The notes beneath the pieces are model-generated. The model ran no database searches, was not told the DNA's origin, and saw only the letters and a list, made by a program, of their open reading frames with translations. DNA of 62,809 nt, counting the filler, from Chiloscyllium plagiosum (Eukaryota), in assembly GCF_004010195.1 (NCBI RefSeq). It is 3 parts of one record of this genome, joined end to end, with 100 filler letters (N's around TTAATTAATTAA, not from the genome) between each part and the next. Parts side by side here need not be neighbours in the genome. Positions count along the whole stretch, not along the records: positions 43,416 to 62,809 come from NC_057717.1; 2 more parts are not named here. The stretch is one strand, 5' to 3'. Shown in pieces: positions 51,380 through 62,809 of the stretch. Both the position numbers and the translations under genes were made by a program. Position 1 is the stretch's first letter, and each line of letters starts with the position of its first letter.

Positions 51380-51630
51380 TGGTGAATGTGGCAGAGCAGT
51401 GATTCACATGACAACCTCAATCTGTGAGCGACACGTGTTCAATTCCTGCCTCTGCCGAGCTTGCGTGCTCTCTGATTGTATGGCTTTCTCCTACAATCCC
51501 AAAATTATCGGGCCAAATAAATTGAAGATGCTCATAGTATGGGGTGCATCCGTCAGCGAAAGATGGGTTGGTGTGTATTTGTTGGACTGAGTGGCCTGTT
51601 TCTGTGTTGTGCGTGTCCTAATCTAATTTA
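51380..51630 (+). mobile_element. Old HE1/V-SINE-type SINE
   Basis: gtggcagagcagtgattcac...gtgttcaattcctgcctc...ggactgagtggcctgtttctgtg tail. Confidence 0.6.
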
Positions 51631-51894
51631 ACCGACTGGAGAGTTGGTTCTTTCAGGGTTTCTGTCAATATGTGTCGCTTCTGTTTTATGTGCATCCGTA
51701 TCAATCTCTTTCACATTCTCCGACTTTCTGTCTCTCCATTTCTCTCATTTCCCATTTCCTCTCTTTGACCCTTTAGAGACTGCAGCTGCTGACAGAATTT
51801 CTGCCCTCTAACTAGGGTGTGTAGGATTATGCTCACACTCTCCGGATGATGTGTTTGACACTTCGACCTGAGGGAAGGAAACATTTCTTACTCG

Positions 51895-52292
51895 AACTTC
51901 CCTGGAGTTTCGGAGGCTGAGAGGTGACCTCTTTGTGGTTGATATAATCATGAGGGGAATGGATAGTGTATTTAGACAAGATCTTATTCCAAGCGTGAGA
52001 AAGTCCAGAACGTGAAGGTAGAGGTTTAGAGTGAGATGGGAGAATACAAAAGCGATCTAAGGGGCAGAGTTTTGATGCAGAGAAAGTGCGTGTATAGAAT
52101 GAGCTGCCAGCGGAAGTATTGTCGGCTGCTAGCATAGCAACGTTTAAAAGACATTTGGCTTGCTTCATAATAGAAAGGGTTTAGATGGATATGGGCCAAT
52201 TTCCGGCAAATGGGATCAGATTACTTCGGGATATCTGTTCGGCATGGATACGTTAGACCGTGCTGTACATCTCTATGTCTCTGTGACTCTAA
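51895..52292 (+). mobile_element. CR1 LINE 3' end inserted in the tRNA repeat unit
   Basis: ccctggagtttcggaggctgagaggtgacc...ctctatgtctctgtgactct; the flanks are contiguous in the 38.9 kb paralog. Confidence 0.85.
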
Positions 52293-52714
52293 ATATGATG
52301 ACATATTTGATGTCACAATTGAACTCCTAATCCACCAGAAAACAAACACAATTACATGACACCTGTCAGAGCACTATGATGCATTTACTTTGTTCTAAAA
52401 TGAATAAATGAAAGCAGCAGAGAACAGGGGGATCAGCTCCTGATGACTGTGCCATTACCACAACTTGCTCCTGCAAGTCTGCAGTGTCTCCTGCCTGACC
52501 TCGACATTCCCACCAAACTGGGACTGAAGGAGGTAAAATAAATTGGGAGTAGAAGCAAACATGCTTGTGGAACAGTGGAAAGAAACTGCAGGTTGAATTC
52601 GTAATTAGAAAGAAACAACTTTCAATGTTGAACTAAACCAGGGAATAGATGCAGGATACGCAGCAACACATCACTTGCAAGAAGTTGGAATAAAGAGCTG
52701 TACATGCCATGCAC

Positions 52715-52788
52715 AGTGCCAACTAGGGTTTAAAGCCAGTATCTCCTGTTTACCTCTCAGACGCTTCAATCAACCGAGTTACAGAACA
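52715..52788 (-). pseudogene. Decayed tRNA-Thr pseudogene
   Basis: Minus: ...GGTTGATTGAAGCGTCTGAGAGGTAAACAGGAGATACTGGCTTTAAACCCTAG; the GTAAACAGGAGAT segment matches vertebrate tRNA-Thr as recalled. Confidence 0.65.
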
Positions 52789-53164
52789 CAGCGTCCGACA
52801 AATTCATCACGAGTGCGTGCATTTTCTCAACCACTTGATCACTTTAACCGGATATGGTTATTCTGTAAAATGTTGCTCAGTGATAATTGCAGTAAATCCC
52901 CGCTTTTGCAAAAACAGACATTTTACGATTTAACATTTCAACCAGAAAGGCACAAAAAAATGACAAATTCCTCCAGCATTGTTTTCAAACAAAGATGTTC
53001 ACCTTTTTCACCATAAGGGGATGCGTTGATACTCTCGGGGCCCATTAACTGCATTAATGCCCACACAGAGGAACTCACAATGAAGGGAAGAGGGTCATTT
53101 GGGAAAATTGACCTGACTGGTGTGAGAGTCAGGATAAAGAGTGTGCAATCAAGATTTGTAGGTG

Positions 53165-54175
53165 CCGGCGCTGGACTCGGGTTGACACAGTTAAAAATCA
53201 CACCAGAACAGGTCATAGTTAAAAAGATGAATTCAGAAGCACTGGGTTTTGGAGCTCTGCTCATTCATCACGTGGTTGTGGATTATAAGATCATGTAATA
53301 CAGAATTTATAGCAAAAGCTACTGTGTGTAGCGACTGGAATGAAATAATGAACATAAAACTGATTTGTTTGTTAAGACTTTCTCCTTGAAGAATGACAGG
53401 TTAGTTTCGACACTTTCACGTGTAAATGGAGAAACGTTTTTTAAAAGGTACGTTCTCAAGTTAGCTTGAACATTAGGTGGCATGTCATCTCAGATCCTAT
53501 ATTGACCGTGTGGGGTTAATTTTTTTCTGTGCCCCAATGTTCTTTTGCGGCAGAAGCTGGGGAGGGGTTGGTACCCTGTCGAGTGAGTTTCAATATGTCT
53601 TCGACATGGCGAGCGAGGTTCTCATACAATGTCTCATTGGTTGATACGATGGGTCATCCTGCGTTGTTGGCTTTGTGTATATTTGGAAGGCAGTAGAAGT
53701 CACGTACGTGTGATGTACTTGGGATGAGGGCGTGGAGGGTACTCGGAAGGATTGGCTCAACAGGCCTGATCAACGTTTCCAGGTCATAGTTGTACTCTTT
53801 GGTCGGATCGGCTGTTAGTTGCCTGTAGTGTTCCTGTTTGTTGAGTTATAGGTACAATTCCTTGCAGTAATCTGTCGCAACACTGACAGACATCTCACAG
53901 AAACTCAGCACTCATGGCCAAGTCGAACCGTGAACATTCTTCATCACAGTGGAAAGGTCTGCACTCTCCGTCAGCATCCCACAAAAGACAGCATCAAAGC
54001 AACGGCCTAAATGCTCAATACCAACAATTGCCAGTCTCTCAGCACCATCCTACAACTCATCCGCTTCATCCTCGACCACAATGTTGTCACAAACAGATCT
54101 TCTTCGAAACACATGGAACAGCTACGGGAACCAAATTTGCACCCCAACATGTCAACATCTTCTCTGCACAAGACA
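53165..54175. mobile_element. Penelope-like element remnant: pLTR and pre-RT region (minus) joined to RT (plus, 53880-54170)
   Basis: LQLIRFILDHNV and QIFFETHGTATGTKFAPQHVNIF match the PLE RT G.AMG...AP..ANIF motif; degenerate hammerhead at 53240-53274. Confidence 0.8.
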
Positions 54176-54224
54176 ACTAAGCAACGTATATATGTTTTGA
54201 CTAATCAAGGATTCTTTTTTTCGG

Positions 54225-54520
54225 AAGGTGGGCAAATTCATTTCTAGAGAGACGGGCTTAAGTTGGGGGGAGAACATTCAAAGGGACTGGAGGCGTATTT
54301 GTCACGCAGGAGTTTCTACCTGTATGGAATGAGCAGCCACAGTAGGTGGCAGAGGCTGGAACACTCACAACATTTCAAAAGTTGCTGCATGAGTGTGTGG
54401 ATCGGAAGGGTTTAGAGGGATACGAGCCAAATGCTGGTAAATAAGATCTGGTTAATTTAGGCTGTGCAGTCAGCATGGAAGAGATGTATCAAAGGTACCT
54501 GTGTACCTCAGTGACGTTAT
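54225..54520 (+). mobile_element. Old CR1 3' end
   Basis: tgtatggaatgagcagccacag...gggtttagagggatacgagccaaatgctgg. Confidence 0.7.
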
Positions 54521-54555
54521 GTTGCTTTAATAGATTATTTTTAGCAGCGCTTGGC

Positions 54556-54631
54556 GTTTGTCAGTGTTGCACAATACTTTAACACGTTCGTCTATTCACC
54601 GAAGGAAAGTGTCATGAAACATCGCAGAAGC
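54556..54631 (+). pseudogene. Possible highly decayed tRNA-Val pseudogene
   Basis: ttaacacgttcgtctattcaccgaagg compared with recalled TTATCACGTTCGCCTAACACGCGAAAGG; the ends gttt...gcagaagc also fit. Confidence 0.4.
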
Positions 54632-55460
54632 GAAGGGCTTACTTAATTTTGCCCCCAATCCCATCTCACCATGACGCATTTCCAGGTTCTCATTCAGGAT
54701 TTGTGTTGCTGAAAGTTATCGCATAATGTATTGACTGAATCCCGAATGAAACAGCTCTTATCGCAGAATAGAAGGATAAAAGAAGAGCCAAATGCATGTT
54801 CAGGCACACCGAGGATTGAATTCTGTCGGTGCGACAGTCCGAGAGATCTGAATAATAAACTCGTCCTACAACTGGCAGCAGAGCAATTCCAATCTACTCT
54901 TCCAAACATAATGGGACTATACTGCACTGCCTATTCCGGGCAAGTGCGTAAATGAGAGAAAAGAAAGAACAGAATAAAAATGGTCTATTAAAAGTGAAGA
55001 TTACCAATCACAGTCTCGATTAGATTAGATTTCGCATCCGATGAACAATACGGGATTGCCTGCAGAGAATCACCAGACTCGATCTCTGAACAGAAATGAA
55101 GAAAATGGGATAAACTTAATAACGTTTCACATCGCAATTAATTGCAATTATTTGTCCATACTTCAGCAAATAACGGCGAGGAACGTCACAGCAGGATTTT
55201 ATTTCACAATGGCAATGATATCACAATCTCTATTCGCTTTCAGTGAAAACAGTGAACAATGCAACCTGCCTGGAAAATCATTAGGCAGTGGAGATGCTTG
55301 GGCGCGTCGTGTGGGAGGAGATTATGGTCACCACAGCACAGACACTGATCTGATGGAGAGTCTGCACCGTCCCATATCATAGATAAGTTTGTAAAAAGGA
55401 AATCCGGTTTGTTGCATTGCACGAGGACACAACACATCCCCAACAAGATCAACATATGAG

Positions 55461-55542
55461 TGAGAGTGGTAGGATTCGAAACCACGCCTCCTGCGAGACA
55501 AAAGCTGGAACGTGACGAATTAGACCACCCAGCCACATAAAC
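55461..55542 (-). pseudogene. Decayed tRNA-Leu pseudogene
   Basis: Minus: GTGGCTGGGTGGTCTAA...GTCTCGCAGGAGGCGTGGTTTCGAATCCTACC; Leu-type variable arm (GTCTC..GGAGGC) and T arm. Confidence 0.7.
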
Positions 55543-58344
55543 ACGCGCAAGCCTTCGCCAAGCTTATTCTCTAGGGCAATAATGATGGATAATTATCGCC
55601 CTAAAATCGAAACAAACTGAATCTTTCTTGTAAAACTGGCTTGAGCAACAAATGTAATTTGTCTGTGAGAAGGTATATTCGGTTATAATTTTATAACGAA
55701 GTCACGAACTGCACGTCATTGCTGGGATGTAGATTCTTGTTTTGTTAAATAATTCCATCCATTGCTAGAAAGAGAAACACTTTCGTGTTTACACGTAACA
55801 TGTAAAGCACCAGACGACAAGGAACATGCAAAAAGCTGATAAGGCAGTGTATCAGAACAGACCGTGCAGCATAGTTAGTTACCCTGCCTGTTTTCCATAA
55901 TTACCGCCCCAAAGAAAGTTCTCCACCTGAAAAGCTGAGTTAACATTTGAATCAGAGAAAGACAGATGACATTGTGAGGCTTTTCGAATCTCGGTGCCAG
56001 TGACAGTTGCTATTTTCCTTGTCTTTCACCTCAAACGTGCATTTTCTCACAGAGCTTTCCACACCTGGGCAGGAGCAACTGCCACAAGGCTGCATTCTGA
56101 ATATGACACCAGTGTGCAAATCGAAGAGAAGCGACTCGTTAAATGTTAAAAAAATCCACGATACTAAATTACAGACGCAAAAAAGGCAGGTTATAAATAT
56201 AAAAGCGAAAGGCAAAACACGGTTCCCTGCCCACCTCCTTCCCGACGTGTCAAAGAGGTCCTGATTCGACGTGATTGTTCGGTGTTCTAGATGGGAAAGC
56301 TATCCAGCCTGAGGCACCTTCAGGTCTCTTGTTGCTGACTGAATCAGAAAGAAGAGATTTCACGAGACCTCCACGTGCCTCACTTTGCTGTCCCCACCAC
56401 CTCCTCTTACCAGGTTTACATTTTCCTGCTCTTCTATGAGGTAAATGATACAACATGGATACAATGACATTTCTTGCCTATTACTTTCGCAGTTCCAGTT
56501 CCAACATGGCTTCGATTTCAGAGCACAAGTGAAGGTTGTACTGCAAATCCATTCATTCCTGTTACGAAATGACTGAGCCGCTAACATGCGAACTGCACCA
56601 GAGCATGATTCAAGATTTCTGATGTTGGTTCATTCGCGTTGAAAATCAGCAGAGAAAATTCAAATGAGGCTTTTCAGAGACTATCTTGGGATTCATTTGA
56701 CAGAGAGGCGAAATCAACAATCCGTGGTATACTGTGACGCCAGCAAATAAGTGTTACCTTGTTTTCAAACCGGCTTCTTTCGCACTGAAAGCAAACGCGG
56801 TACTGTTGTTCCAGAAGGGTGAGGGCACGGAAACTGCACTCCTTATAAGGATGATAATTGCTGCTGTATACGTCGGTGCACGTTCAGGACAAGGTATGAG
56901 AGCAGCTTAACAAAGTTTCAGACAGCAATTAATTGGAATTGCTTTCCATTTCACAACTACAGCAGGTATGGATTGTTTGCATCCAATTAGAAGGACTATG
57001 GTAGCAGATACACGGAGAAACTACCATGGCAAATCCCGCACCAATCATCTCGCTGTTGTTTCAGTGTTGCCGTGTCTAAATCCTAACACTCCCTCGTCAG
57101 CAGAAGCATGGCGACTTCGTCGTGCTGATGAGTTGAAAGGTTTAAGAATCTAAGTCATTCCCTCCTTCTCCGGGGTATCTTCGGATGATCAGTGAATCCT
57201 ATCTCATTGAGAGAGACATGTTTCTAAAAGTGTCAGTTTCTAAGCAGACACCTGCAATCGGTCGGGTACAACTGAAGAAGCAAAGTGGGGAAGTGAAATA
57301 AAAGTGCAAGGCAATGATGACTGGAAGGCATGAGGCAGGAAGTACTCGTGGAGCTGGTGCTGCAAGGCTCAGTGTTGATGCCAATGGGTCTGCCCATACT
57401 GCCCACTGTTGATTCTGGCTCTCACACACACTCCAGGTCAATTCACCACAATAACCCACTTCCTCTTCGTGTGAGGATCCCTCTGGGCGTATGAAGGCCG
57501 TCAATGGGCCAAGAAAGGATGGACACATTCTCCTTACCCTGTCAGTTTGAACAGGTGAACATTACAGTTTGAAACCAATGTAAGTGCACAGTGACTTTCT
57601 CTGTACATTTTCAGTGGAGAATGTGAAATGTCTGTGCAAAAGCGGGCATTGATTGCAACTCCCACCAAACAACATTTTACACAAAAAAAACATTTCCAAA
57701 TTGTTGTGACGTAACCTGGTAAACCTCCTCTGAACCCTCTCCAAAAATTCCACATCTTACCTACAATAGGGCGACCAGAACAGGACACAGTATTCCAAGT
57801 GCGGTCTCATCAAAATTTTGTAGAGCTGCAACAAGATCTCACGGTTGCAGCTCGTTTTCCAGTTGTGTTCCAAAGGCATCGGTTCAGAAATCTCTGCTCT
57901 TTCTGATTTTATTAATGACTTGAATGAGGAACTGGAAGGAAGGATTAGTTAGTTTACACATGACACGAAGATTCGTGGAATGGTGGGTAGTGTGAAGGGC
58001 TGCTCTGGGTTGCAACAGAACACTAACAGATTGCAAAACTGGGCTGATTAGATGAAGGTGGAGTGCAACGTAGAAAAGTGTGAAACCTTTCACTTTGGAA
58101 GGTCGAATTTGAATGGAGAAAACAGGGTTGAATGCAACAATCTTGATAGTGTGGAGGAGAAGAGTGATCTTGAGTCCATATTCATACATCCCTAAAAGTT
58201 GTAACTCGAGTTGATTGGATTGTTAGGACGCCATATGGGGTGCTGGCTTTGATTCGCAAGGGCGATTTTGTTTTAAAGTGGCGAGGTTATTCTGCAGATT
58301 TGTAGAGTTTGGTTAGCCCAAACTTGGAAGACTGTGTTCAATTG

Positions 58345-59537
58345 TTAAAAATCGTACAACACCAGGTTATAGTCCAGCAGGCTTAATTGGAAGCACACTA
58401 GCTTTCGGAGCGTCGCTCCTTCATCAGGTAATAGTGGACGACTCAATCCTAAGACACAGAATTTATAACAAAAATTTGCAGTGCGATGTAACTGTAATTA
58501 TACATTGAAAAATACATTGATTGTCTGTTGAGCCTTTCACCTGTTTGAATACCATGAATGTTTCACTTCTTTCATGTGGAAATCACAAAAACCTTTTTTA
58601 AATTTTGCATTCTCAGGTTAGCTGTGACAATGGGTGATAGCAAGACAATATGTTGAAGGTGTTGGCTCCCTGTGTTCTGTAACTATGCCATGATGTTTAC
58701 ATATATTCAAATCTATCAAGTGAGATAACAGAGTTTTACATGAATTCATGCAGCTTTTGAGCAAAGTACAATGTAACTCTGCAAGTATAAATTCAAACCA
58801 CAAAATATAGGTGTGCATGTGGGTCATCGTCTGTTTCTGTGTGTGTTACTGTCTGTCTGGGTTGGGGGTGTGAGTGTGAGAGAGAGTGTATGTGTGTGTG
58901 TACAGTTAATGTAGAGTGTCTTAAGTCTGTGAGTGGGTGCATGTGTGAGTGTGTGTGCGCGTGTCTGGGGTGGGGGGTTGTGAGTGTCTGTGAGAGAGAG
59001 GGTATGTGTGTGTGCATGTGCGTAGAGTGGTCGAAGTCTCTGAGAGGATGCCTGTGTGAGCGTGGGAGTGTGTGCGTCTGTAAGGGTGTGTGTGGGTGTC
59101 TTGTGTGCGTGTTTGTGTATATGTGTGTCCGTGTGTATGTGTGTATAAGACTGCCTGAATGTGTGACTGTCTGTGAGTGTTTATAATGCAATGGTGGTCA
59201 CCTGTAATGGGACATGAACCCAAGGTCCCAGTTGAGTCCCTCCCTTTGGGTACCGAAACTATCATGGAATTCAAACAGATGAAATACTCAACGGACAATC
59301 AAATTATTTTTCGATGTATAATTTTAGTTCCATCACAATATAGTTGTTTTTTCTGTTTACATTTTTTGTAAATTTTTGTTTAAATTCTGTGACTTATGAT
59401 TGAGTCCTCCACTTTCACCTGATGAGGAAGGACTCTCCAAAAGCGAGTGCACTTCCAATTAAACCCGTTTACTATCACCCGGCGTTGTGTAATTTTTAAC
59501 TTTGTACACCCTAGTCCCACACCAGCATCTCCAATTC
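58345..59537 (-). mobile_element. Non-autonomous PLE with inverted terminal pLTRs and an apparent target-site duplication
   Basis: Similar to 16797-17580; inverted pLTR at ~59330-59537; flanked by gtgttcaattg (58334) and gtgttctattg (59538). Confidence 0.8.
58396..58430 (-). ncRNA. Minimal type I hammerhead ribozyme motif (PLE)
   Basis: UAC-CUGAUGA-A-GGAGC(GAC)GCUCC-GAAAGCUA-GUG; perfect 5-bp stem II. Confidence 0.75.
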
Positions 59538-60099
59538 GTGTTCTATTGGGGTCGCCTCATTATAGGAAAGATGTGGAAGCTTTCGTCATCGTGCAGAAGA
59601 GATTTTAAGGGATGCTGCCTGGACTGGATGGCATGTCTTATGAAGAAAGGTTGAGAGAACGAGGGCTACTCTCATTGGAGCGAAGAATGATGAGAGATAA
59701 TTTGATAGAGGTGGAAAAGACCGTTGAAACTCATAAATGGAATAGATAGACGGTTCCCAGGCCAGACATGTATATCACGAGGGCGAATAATTCTCAGGAA
59801 TTTCAACACAATGAAATATTTCAGCCAGATAATGACAATGAGAACATTGTTGATTTTCGGGAAAAAAAGAAGCCAACAAATCCCGTTCACTGTTGTCCTT
59901 TAGGAAGGCATTAGCTGCTCTTGCCTGAAGGTGATACCAGATAATTAACAATTAACTTAATTCTAAACAACTCTATTGGAAAAAAAAACGGTCTGGCCAT
60001 CCCTTCAGGAATAGTCAGCGACACACATCGTCGAGCAATAAGTAAAAAGCAAAAGGAAATCATGGAATGAAAGTTCACAGAAGAAGCACAACAACACAG

Positions 60100-61090
60100 C
60101 AGCTAGATACCATAGAAGTGACATTAAGTGTTCACTCGTCCCATGGGCTCGAATGTTATTGCATTTACAGAGATCATACTAGTATTTTCACATGACGTCA
60201 GGTTTACACCTCAGTGACCCTGTTGGCAATGCATTCCATACAACCATGATACTCTGTGTGAGAAGGACTTTTCTTCAAAGCCCATTGAAACCTCCTGCCA
60301 TATAAAATGATGGGCCCTTCCTATTTTCTCTTCAAATATGATGAACAACTGCTTGTCATCCACTCTGCTGTTGCACTTCATAATATTATACAGTTATATC
60401 AGGTCTTCACACTTCTGCTTCGCAGTTCCATAAAAGGTTATCTCATGCCATCCCTGTTATTAGACGACCTGTGTAACCCAAGGCTGCATTTGGTGAACAT
60501 CAGCTCCTGAACAATGATATCCTTTCCATCATGTGGTTACCAGAAATGCGCGAAATACTCCAGTTGTTGCCTATTCACTGTCCCATACACCTCAAACGTA
60601 ATCTCTCTGCTGAAAGTCTATGTCACAACTGAGTATGCAGAAAAGGTTTACACGGTGTAAGCAAGATTGGAGAAATTGAGTTATAAGAAGATTCAGGGTA
60701 AGTGAGGACAGATTTCCCTTGGAGAGTAGAGGCTGAGGGAGAGTTTTACGGATTCTGAGAAATTATTAGATTTTTAAATGGCCAAGGTATTTAACTAATG
60801 TATGGCATTCTAAAACTAGAAGTCATAGATTATAGCGGAGAGAGGACAAAATTAAGAGACCTAAGGGAGCAAGAAGGTGGTCTGTATTCGGAACGAACAG
60901 ATATAGGAAGTGATAAATGTGAGTCCAATAACAACATTTATAGAAAACATCTTCAGACATACATGGACAGGAAAGGCTTAGAGGGGTATTGGCCGAATGC
61001 AGACAAATACGAATATTTCAGTTGAGGTAACCTGGAAAACATTGTCTGAAAAGTCTGTTTCCTTTCCGTATTTATCTGTGACTTTACTAT
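60100..61090. mobile_element. Two old CR1 3' fragments in opposite orientation (minus 60100-60620, plus 60640-61090)
   Basis: caatgcattccatacaaccatgatactctgtgtgag; agaggctgaggggagag...ttagaggggtattggccgaatgcag. Confidence 0.6.
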
Positions 61091-61469
61091 TCTGAATGAA
61101 TATACAAGTTATACATGACAGCAAGTTCGTCATGCGACGAAGTAAGATGACATTCATGAGCACAAATGTTATACATTTCTGATTCAATACATGTATAGTG
61201 GCTCTCAAAGTACTGCATTGTCTATTCGAGTCATAGAGATCTACAGAATGGAAATGTATTAATGCTGTTCCTGAAGTTACAATGTGTGCCTAACGATGGT
61301 GAATGACATGGTTAGTGTCCGATAAGGAGACAAGAACTGGGAGAAGAAGTAGCTCATCAGTCACTCCCAATTCTCCGATTTACAGATGAAAGAACTGAAA
61401 CCAACAGGGTCATTCTGAAAGATGAGAGACTTAACAATTAATCCAGGTTTTTGTCGATATGTTATTTCA

Positions 61470-62740
61470 TTTGCATCGCAGTGCAAAGTGTTTCTATAAA
61501 TTCTTTGCATTAAGATCTCACACTCCATAACCCTCTGATGAAGGAGCAGCGCTCTTTCTTGGAATGTTCTCCTGCCAAATAAAGCTGTGGGAGTATAAAG
61601 TTGTGTTGTGTGATGTTTATCTTAGTAAACCCTCGTCCCACACCTGCACCTCCAAATCATGTCTGCTCGGTCACTTTGCGTTATTGGTTGTCCCGTAGTC
61701 CGGCTTGGGGATAACCACTCGAAAGTCTGAGACCGAATGTCCCAGACTGCTGTTGTATTCCCCAACAGGGAGGGAACACCGTTGCCTGGTGAATGTTGTG
61801 CGGTGTTCATTTGTCAGTTGTCTGCTCCGTCTCGCAAATGTACACCCTCCACTTAGCGACTTTAAACAAACGGCAAACCATAAAGAGATCAATGTTCGCA
61901 GCAAAGTGCCCAACTTACAGGACAACATCGACCAAACACCTTACAAGACTGGCAGGCCAGACGCAGCAAGACGTGTCAGGGTGTCGACAGTGATCCCACC
62001 ATTGCAAGTGGTGACCTTCGCATCACCATCATGCAAGGCAGACTTCGGGAAAGAGAATCCACCACGTAAAGTAACCGAGCAGAGGCTGATAGACAAGTTT
62101 TGAACCCTGAGAATGGTCTCAACCGGCAGGTTCGGTTCATGTCACATTACAGGTTAGCGCACTGCACGATACTCTGTCTCTCTCACACATGCACACACAC
62201 ACACACACAAACAAGCTTGCGTAATTATTCAGAAACTCTTACCACACACAAACACTCACATTTTCACAATCCTTCTGTGTCTCATGTGTGCACGTTTATC
62301 GGATGTATATGTTTTTGAAGAATCCACGTTATATTTTGCTCAAAATGCATAACGTACCGGCAATCCTTGTAAGATTCTGTAAATTCCACTTTTGAAATAG
62401 GAACAGTCTGACTCACGATTTGAGTACAGACTAAAACTTCACAACTTCAAAGCATTGTCTGAGCCGAGATGACACCACTTGTTAGAAAATCTGAAGATAT
62501 CTTGAGAATGTAACTAAAAAGGAAATTTTGGATTTGCATATTGATGAACCGATATGAGAATACCCATTCCATATGTGCTCAATATATTTGTGTTGCATGC
62601 CACTTTGATCTTTTGTTTTCAATTCTGTCTCTTAAGGTGCAGCTCCACAAATTCCTGATGAAGAGGCAGCGCTTTGAGAGCTCATGCTAACAAATAAACC
62701 TGTTGGACTACAATCGGAAGTTGCACGATTTTTAATGTTA
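61470..62740 (+). mobile_element. Penelope-like element remnant with direct pLTRs and an internally inverted GIY-YIG piece
   Basis: Plus: PPLSDFKQTANHKEINVRSKVP and KVTEQRLIDKF..ENGLNRQVRFMSHYR. Minus 61660-61835: NEHRTTFTRQRCSLPVGEY. Degenerate hammerheads at 61535 and 62655. Confidence 0.8.
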
Positions 62741-62809
62741 TGTGGTGACCAAACCTCTACACAGCAATCCAGATGCAAATAAACCATTGCCTTGCATTGT
62801 TCAACGAAA

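Larger units (their letters stand above)
57860..59790 (+). mobile_element. CR1 LINE RT-3' fragment split by a PLE insertion
   Basis: attaatgacttgaatgagg...tttacacatgacacgaag (INDL..FTHDTK); resumes at ~59540 (tcgcctcattataggaaagatgtggaagc). Confidence 0.8.

Noticed and set aside
57199..57528. 109-aa minus-strand ORF in apparently unique sequence
   Set aside because: No recognisable domain or convincing splice context; would need BLASTX.

Overview
Eukaryotic, gene-poor, repeat-dense DNA, most likely from a cartilaginous fish (shark). This is inferred from HE1/V-SINE-type and SacSINE1/DeuSINE-type SINEs, abundant CR1-clade LINE fragments and shark-type Penelope-like elements (PLEs). I cannot support any intact protein-coding gene: every recognisable ORF is a broken piece of CR1 ORF1/endonuclease/RT or PLE RT/GIY-YIG. 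The left part (~1-37.9 kb) is a nest of local segmental duplications. It includes a ~7.7 kb fold-back palindrome (9.1-16.8 kb) with templated insertions, blocks of a G-rich ~37-bp minisatellite that appears LINE-derived, and 2-3 copies of a decayed promoter/first-exon-like unit. The right part (~37.9-56 kb) is a decayed tRNA gene cluster: one near-intact tRNA-Ser plus Glu, Thr, Arg, Leu and Val pseudogenes, partly in a repeated ~2 kb Glu-Thr unit. PLE terminal repeats carry minimal hammerhead ribozyme motifs, two with an intact core. There are four assembly gaps; two hold an artificial TTAATTAATTAA spacer. I find no convincing wholly new biological system. Repeat family names and tRNA comparisons are from memory, not database searches, and boundaries are approximate.
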